DNA of 64,000 nucleotides from an uncultured Muribaculaceae bacterium (GTDB lineage Bacteria; Bacillota_I; Bacilli_A; RF39; UBA660): NCBI GenBank assembly GCA_964453925.1, contig CAYVPV010000001.1, positions 46,524 to 110,523 of the forward strand, read 5' to 3'. Shown piece by piece: positions 58,808 to 64,000 of this stretch (position 1 is its first letter; each line of letters starts with the position of its first letter). The notes under the pieces were generated by a model. It saw only the letters and a program-made list of their open reading frames with translations, ran no database searches and was not told where the DNA came from. The position numbers and the translations under genes were made by a program.

Positions 58808-61363
58808 GTGACTAGAAGTGAAGTAGACAGAAAAAAAGTAAGCCCAATGATGAAACAATATTTGGAAACTAAAGATAATTATGAAGATGTCATTCTTTTT
58901 TATAGATTAGGCGATTTTTATGAAATGTTCTTTGATGATGCGATAAACGTTTCAAGAGAACTTGAACTTACTTTAACTGGTAAAAATGCAGGATTAGATG
59001 AAAAAATACCAATGTGTGGCGTTCCTCATCATGCTGCAAATATATATTTAGATAAACTAATTGAAAAGGGATATAAAGTTGCTATTTGTGAGCAAGTAGA
59101 AGATCCTAAACAAACTAAGGGAATCGTTAAAAGAGAAGTTATTAGAATTGTATCTAAAGGAACTATAATGTCTGATGAAATGCTAGATGCAAGAAGTAAT
59201 AATTTTATTGGTTCTATAAAGGATTTAGGACATTGTTTTTCTTTGGCTTACGCTGATTTATCAACCGGTGAGTTTAACGCTGTATTAGTAGAATATGAAT
59301 TAGATAAAATAATTAACGAAATAGTAAATGATAATATAAGTGAACTAGTTATAAATGGTAACATTGATTCAAGGGTGGTAAATACTTTAAAATCAAGATA
59401 TAACGTTATAATATCTTACGAAAAAGAGGATAAAGAGCTTTTAGAATATAAACATCTTTATAAAAATGTAACAGATGTCAGGATTATATCTTCAGTGTGT
59501 GTTTTAATTAATTATTTAGTTAACGGTCAAAAAAGAAGTCTAGAGCACTTACAAAACGTATCGGTAAAAGATTATAAAACCTATTTAAAAATGGATATTC
59601 ATACTAAAAGAAATTTAGAATTAACTGAAAACTTAAGGTCAAAAGAAAGAACGTATTCACTTTTATGGCTTCTTGATAAAACTAAAACAGCAATGGGATC
59701 AAGAATGCTTAAAAGCATGATAGAAAACCCATCAGTTGACAAAGAGGAAATTGAAAATAGATATGATATGACGTCTAAACTTTTAGAGGAATTTTTACTT
59801 AAAGATGAATTAAAAGAATTGCTTGATAAAGTATATGACTTAGAGAGATTATCGGGTAGAATTTCTTTTGGCAACGCAAACGCAAGGGACTTGCTTCAAT
59901 TAAAAACTTCTTTGAAGGTTCTCCCTAAAATAAAAGAAATAGTAAGTAAGTTAGGTTTTAATTTAATTATCGATGATTTAACAGATCTTTATATTTTTCT
60001 GGACAAAAGTGTTTATGAAAATCCTCCAATTGGGTTAAAAGAGGGATACTTAATAAAAGAAGGATATAATAAAGAATTAGACGAATTAAAAGATGCAAGA
60101 CGTGGTGGTAAAGATTTTGTTGCCAGATTAGAAAACGTAGAAAAAGAAAGAACTGGAATAAAAAATCTAAAGGTGGGTTATAACCGTGTATTTGGTTATT
60201 ATATTGAAGTATCAAAAGGGAATTGTAAACAAGTTAAAGAAGAATTCGGTTGGGAAAGAAAACAAACCCTTGCTAATTGCGAAAGATTTATTACTCCGGA
60301 GTTAAAGGAAAAAGAACAATTAATTCTTGGTGCAGAAGAAAAGATAATAAATTTAGAATACGCTTTATTTATGGAAATTAGAAACAAAGTAAAGGAAGTT
60401 ATTCCAACTATTCAATTAACTTCTAAAATGATAGCAAAATTAGATGTTATACAATCGTTTGCAACCGTTACTGAATCAAACAATTACATAAGACCGGTTT
60501 TAAATACTAGTAAGGAAGTTAGAATAATAGATGGTAGACACCCGGTAGTAGAAAAAGTTTTAGATGGTGAATTTGTATCAAATGATATTATTTTTGGAGA
60601 AGGAACTTATCTAAAGCTTATAACTGGCCCTAATATGGCAGGTAAATCTACTTACATGAGACAAATGGCAATGATTGTTATAATGGCTCAAATAGGGTGC
60701 TTTGTGCCTGCTAAAGAAGCTTATTTACCGGTGTTTGATAAGATATTTACTCGTATTGGTGCTTCAGATGACTTAGTATCAGGTGAATCAACGTTTATGG
60801 TAGAAATGATGGAGGCGAATAAAGCAATAGAAGGGGCTTCTGAAAACAGTTTAATATTATTTGATGAGCTAGGTCGTGGTACGGCTACTTATGATGGTAT
60901 GAGTCTTGCTCAAGCAATAATTGAATATATTCATGATAACATCAAAGCTATTACTTTATTTTCTACCCATTATCATGAATTAACGATTCTAGAAAAACAT
61001 AAAAAACACATAAAAAACGTTCATGTATCTGCTTATGAGGAAGATGGAAACATAACTTTTTTACATAAAATAAAAGCTGGAGCGGCAGATAAAAGTTATG
61101 GTATTCATGTTGCAAAATTAGCAAAACTACCGAGTTCTATTATAAAAAGAGCCGACGAAATATTAAAATCTTATGAGGATAATAATCAAAATCATGAGGT
61201 TTTAAGCCAGATTAGCATGAATTTAGAAGAAACAGTGGAAACTAATGATAAATATGATATAATAAAAAAGAAGCTTGATGGTGTAAACCCACTTGAGGTT
61301 TCTCCAATGGAAGCGTTAAACATACTTTATGATTTAAAAAAAGAAATGGATAAAAAGGATTAG
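58808..61363 (+). CDS. mutS: DNA mismatch repair protein MutS
   Basis: SPMMKQYLE, FYRLGDFYEMFFDDA, GPNMAGKSTYMRQ Walker A and LFDELGRGT. The GTG at 58808 follows RBS aggtga. The ORF-track start at 58799 lies inside that RBS. Confidence 0.9.
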   Translation: MTRSEVDRKKVSPMMKQYLETKDNYEDVILFYRLGDFYEMFFDDAINVSRELELTLTGKNAGLDEKIPMCGVPHHAANIYLDKLIEKGYKVAICEQVEDPKQTKGIVKREVIRIVSKGTIMSDEMLDARSNNFIGSIKDLGHCFSLAYADLSTGEFNAVLVEYELDKIINEIVNDNISELVINGNIDSRVVNTLKSRYNVIISYEKEDKELLEYKHLYKNVTDVRIISSVCVLINYLVNGQKRSLEHLQNVSVKDYKTYLKMDIHTKRNLELTENLRSKERTYSLLWLLDKTKTAMGSRMLKSMIENPSVDKEEIENRYDMTSKLLEEFLLKDELKELLDKVYDLERLSGRISFGNANARDLLQLKTSLKVLPKIKEIVSKLGFNLIIDDLTDLYIFLDKSVYENPPIGLKEGYLIKEGYNKELDELKDARRGGKDFVARLENVEKERTGIKNLKVGYNRVFGYYIEVSKGNCKQVKEEFGWERKQTLANCERFITPELKEKEQLILGAEEKIINLEYALFMEIRNKVKEVIPTIQLTSKMIAKLDVIQSFATVTESNNYIRPVLNTSKEVRIIDGRHPVVEKVLDGEFVSNDIIFGEGTYLKLITGPNMAGKSTYMRQMAMIVIMAQIGCFVPAKEAYLPVFDKIFTRIGASDDLVSGESTFMVEMMEANKAIEGASENSLILFDELGRGTATYDGMSLAQAIIEYIHDNIKAITLFSTHYHELTILEKHKKHIKNVHVSAYEEDGNITFLHKIKAGAADKSYGIHVAKLAKLPSSIIKRADEILKSYEDNNQNHEVLSQISMNLEETVETNDKYDIIKKKLDGVNPLEVSPMEALNILYDLKKEMDKKD

Positions 61364-61373
61364 GTGATTAAAA

Positions 61374-62240
61374 ATGAATGAAAGTCAAGAATCAAAAGAT
61401 ATAAAAATTCCTATAAAAGCAATTGTTGAACAGGCTATGACCTCAAATGGCGCTAGATACGAAGAAGATGAATTTAATTTACTTAGAAAGTATTTTATTG
61501 CATGTTTAAATCTTGGTTTTATGCAACCAAAGGATTTGGTCCCTATGGTTGATAAGTTCGCTAAGGTTATTAAATTAATAGTTTTAAATTATAATAACGT
61601 AAACAAAATGGATTACTACGTAATTAATAACGGGGTATTATATATTAATGGTGCCTTAAAAGATGATAATCCAATGTTTTATGAAATAAACTATTATAAA
61701 GCGGTAACTCAAGTTATTTTTAATGCTAATGATAATCATATTGGAATAAGTAATTCTTTATGTAATATGGCTGCTGAAAAGATATATAACATGGACACAA
61801 ATGGTTCTAGAATCGTTATGCCAAGAACTGACAACGAAATGGTTGGAGATAAAAAAATCCAAATAAGGGCTGGGTATAATAACTACAACCTAGTTATTTC
61901 ATTAATGAAACAATTATTTATATGTAAAGGTATTAATGAAAATAGAGTATTACATGATATGTATTTTGAAGGATATGACATTGTTTTAGATAGAACATTA
62001 ACTGATAAAAACTCTTTATTGTTATTAGATGTATTAGATAAATTATGTATTATGTATATCCAAAGAAGAGTTATGAATCAAACGAATCCAAGTGAGATTA
62101 CCCTTTTAGAAAAATACCAAATAATAGTAAATGATATGTTTACAAAGATGGATCAAAATTATTTTGCTTTTTGTGCTTTAGTTACAACTGATGAATTAAG
62201 ACAAAAATGCATGAAGAAGTTTGATGATAAACTACAATAA
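61374..62240 (+). CDS. hypothetical protein
   Basis: 288-aa ORF immediately after mutS, where mutL usually lies. It has no MutL (GHKL ATPase) motifs. Confidence 0.5.
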   Translation: MNESQESKDIKIPIKAIVEQAMTSNGARYEEDEFNLLRKYFIACLNLGFMQPKDLVPMVDKFAKVIKLIVLNYNNVNKMDYYVINNGVLYINGALKDDNPMFYEINYYKAVTQVIFNANDNHIGISNSLCNMAAEKIYNMDTNGSRIVMPRTDNEMVGDKKIQIRAGYNNYNLVISLMKQLFICKGINENRVLHDMYFEGYDIVLDRTLTDKNSLLLLDVLDKLCIMYIQRRVMNQTNPSEITLLEKYQIIVNDMFTKMDQNYFAFCALVTTDELRQKCMKKFDDKLQ

Positions 62241-62255
62241 TTGGTGGTGATATAT

Positions 62256-62654
62256 ATGAATAGAAATGAAGCAAGGGTAGTTATAATGACTATTTTGTAT
62301 CAAATATTTATGTATAAAAAAAATAATATTAAATATGATGCCGATGAAGTTATAAAAGAAAACCTTGAAATAGATAATGATTTTGTTAGAGAAATGGTAA
62401 ATGGTGTGTTAAATAAAAAGGATGAATTATTTAACATTGCAAATAGTAATTTAAAAGATTGGAAAATGGATCGTTTAGGTTTAACTGATCAAGCAATATT
62501 ATCTCTTGGAATATATGAACTTTTATACACCAACACACCAGAAGTAGTAGCGATAAACGAAGCTGTTGAACTTGCTAAAAAGTATTCTGATGATAAGGTT
62601 AAAAACATGATTAATGGTGTTTTAGATAAAGTATATCACGAGAAAATAAGTTAG
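62256..62654 (+). CDS. nusB: transcription antitermination factor NusB
   Basis: RBS ggtggtga upstream. NRNEARVVIMTILYQ, RLGLTDQAILSLGIYEL and AINEAVELAKKYS. Confidence 0.85.
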   Translation: MNRNEARVVIMTILYQIFMYKKNNIKYDADEVIKENLEIDNDFVREMVNGVLNKKDELFNIANSNLKDWKMDRLGLTDQAILSLGIYELLYTNTPEVVAINEAVELAKKYSDDKVKNMINGVLDKVYHEKIS

Positions 62655-62670
62655 TAGAGAAGGTGATATT

Positions 62671-63252
62671 ATGAGTATGAAAGATTTAACTAAAGCTAGA
62701 CGAATGGTCAACTATTTTGCAAGAGAATATTTGATATTATTTAAATTTGAACGTTATTCTACCATTGATTTAGAAATTTTAATGCGTATGCTTATTGCAA
62801 ACCTAGATAAATCGGCTTTAAACAAATTAAAACAATACGTAACCTTTATTTTATCTGATGAGGTAAAGACGAAGGATGTATTAACTTATTATGCAGGGAC
62901 AAATGAGATTTCTAATCCCACGGATGAGGATATAAAATCATATTTTTATGAAGTTTATTCTAAGTTTAAAACGTTTAGACAATCTTCTTACTATCCAGTT
63001 ATGATAAAAGCCAGTGATTTATCAGGGATTAAAGAGCTTGATGAATACGTTAATATCGCTATGTATTTATGTTTAAATCTGTTAACGGACGATGATATAA
63101 AAAGAGATAAAGAAAAAATAAAACAAAGATGTTCAAAATCGTTAGAAAAAACAAATATTATTGAAGAAAATGAAAGTAAATTTGTTGATGATTCATTTGA
63201 TAACGTAGCAATTAATGCAGCTACTTTAACTATAACTACTACTATATACTAA
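62671..63252 (+). CDS. hypothetical protein
   Basis: 193-aa ORF with RBS gaaggtga. No family recognised. Confidence 0.45.
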   Translation: MSMKDLTKARRMVNYFAREYLILFKFERYSTIDLEILMRMLIANLDKSALNKLKQYVTFILSDEVKTKDVLTYYAGTNEISNPTDEDIKSYFYEVYSKFKTFRQSSYYPVMIKASDLSGIKELDEYVNIAMYLCLNLLTDDDIKRDKEKIKQRCSKSLEKTNIIEENESKFVDDSFDNVAINAATLTITTTIY

Positions 63253-63272
63253 AATTATTAACAGATAAAACA

Positions 63273-63506
63273 ATGGCTTATGTGATATTAAATGGAATGA
63301 TGATTTTAGGCGTTAATTTAGTAGCAACAGGCGGTTTTTATAAGCTAGATAAGGAAGAAGGAAAAAAAGAAGTAAACAAGGAATTGCTTTCTTTGGAAAA
63401 TTTATTGATAGATAATAATTTTTTAGTTTATCCAAACATGCAAGAATTTAAAAAAATTAAAACTCGTTACAAAATTAAATTATACAAAAATATTATTTTT
63501 ATGTAA
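63273..63506 (+). CDS. hypothetical small protein
   Basis: 77-aa ORF with no clear RBS. Confidence 0.25.
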   Translation: MAYVILNGMMILGVNLVATGGFYKLDKEEGKKEVNKELLSLENLLIDNNFLVYPNMQEFKKIKTRYKIKLYKNIIFM

Positions 63507-63509
63507 ATA

Positions 63510-64000
63510 TTATTTTTTTAATATATCCAATACATGACTTGATGCACCTAAAAGTTCAGGTCTTTCACACGTAGATAGATGATACTTAATATATGTTTCA
63601 AAAGTCTTTTCATCCATTTTATTAATTATTGGTCTAATGTAGTCAGATGGACCATCCTGGGCTAATATTTTTATTCTTTTTAAACCAGAAAGCTCATTTA
63701 ATTCATTTATATCTTCTAGTCTTAACATGCTATATAAATCAGTTTGTTTTGGAGTTATATGAAAGTTTTTATCTACTTCATTATTTTTTATTGCATCTAA
63801 TATGTTATTATCCTTAAACCCATGAGTTATTATTGCGTATTCATTCATATAATAACTAATTAATATAACGCCTTCTTTTTTTAAAACTCTTTTAGCTTCC
63901 ATTAATGCTTTTAATTTATCTTCTTTTTTTATTAAATGATATAATGGACCAAATAGAAGTATCATATCAAATGAGTTATCTTTAAACGAAGAAAGATTAG
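63510..64000 (-). CDS. class I SAM-dependent methyltransferase, C-terminal part (5' end beyond the window)
   Basis: The frame stays open upstream of the listed Met (…NLSSFKDNSFDMILLFGPLYHL…). The motifs FDMILL and AKRVLKKEGVILIS are typical of Methyltransf_11/25-like enzymes. Confidence 0.7.
   Translation of the reverse strand, partial: NLSSFKDNSFDMILLFGPLYHLIKKEDKLKALMEAKRVLKKEGVILISYYMNEYAIITHGFKDNNILDAIKNNEVDKNFHITPKQTDLYSMLRLEDINELNELSGLKRIKILAQDGPSDYIRPIINKMDEKTFETYIKYHLSTCERPELLGASSHVLDILKK

Noticed and set aside
4068-60387. Many ORF-track entries lying antisense to, or out of frame within, well-supported genes. On the minus strand: 4068-4376, 9077-9304, 12105-12536, 14061-14258, 17049-17300, 17414-17707, 18700-19389, 20129-20335, 20568-20789, 21065-21352, 22544-22777, 23032-23298, 27472-27663, 28756-28950, 31877-32077, 34135-34326, 34735-35067, 35541-35791, 36575-36815, 39213-39404, 40463-40863, 44717-44983, 46989-47186, 48301-48609, 50313-50564, 53440-53670, 54544-54786, 59599-60387. 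On the plus strand: 29065-29259, 31306-31488, 56564-56776, 57934-58311.
   Set aside because: They overlap genes that have strong motif support. They lack RBS sequences. Their low-complexity, Phe/Leu/Ser/Ile-rich translations are typical of shadow ORFs in AT-rich DNA.
1-64000. Prophage, ICE, transposon, rRNA, tRNA or CRISPR-Cas content
   Set aside because: I recognised no integrase, transposase, recombinase, capsid or terminase, or cas motifs in any long ORF. I saw no tRNA-like T-arm/acceptor pattern and no rRNA-like sequence in the intergenic regions I read. The accessory genes present look like single-gene insertions.

Overview
This is a very AT-rich chromosomal segment from a Bacillota-type genome (GC looks well under 35 percent by eye). 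It uses the standard genetic code: TGA terminates rsmE and the U32 peptidase gene, and TGG encodes Trp. Most of the window is housekeeping, arranged in Bacillus-like synteny blocks: metG 3' end; murE; rsmE and mtaB; recD2; T-box then alaS, mltG, ireB, ruvX, yrzB-like, yrrM/N/O-like and greA; tig and lon; spoVID-like and ysxE-like; T-box then valS; proS; dnaG, sigA, trmK and yqfQ-like; mutS; nusB. The accessory or unusual content is as follows. (1) A type III toxin-antitoxin locus of the ToxIN/AbiQ kind, with three 34-nt direct repeats, a terminator and a ToxN-like ORF. That ORF is cut by an in-frame TGA just before its conserved C-terminal motif. (2) A Leu-rich leader peptide with a four-segment attenuator in front of an orphan short LeuA-like synthase. 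(3) A dispersed type IV pilus or Com-like system (PilC with an N-terminal extension, PilD, PilB, three small pilin-like genes) plus two tandem giant modular pilins of about 650 and 722 aa that carry Cys-rich Ig/HYR-like repeat modules. I consider these pilins the most novel-looking element. (4) A tandem pseudo-dimeric ThyX-like protein next to a P-loop protein and a Clp-D1-like AAA+ ATPase. (5) A T4-gp1-like dNMP kinase homolog placed behind the Ala T-box with alaS. (6) An amidoligase-like insertion. (7) Several genes disrupted at A/T homopolymers (LysR, ansA, a lipoprotein, a small ORF upstream of valS). These could be real decay or homopolymer sequencing error. I saw no rRNA, tRNA, CRISPR array, transposase or integrase. 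All homology statements rest on motif recognition and remembered sequences, not on searches. I cannot show that any clearly new multi-gene system is present.
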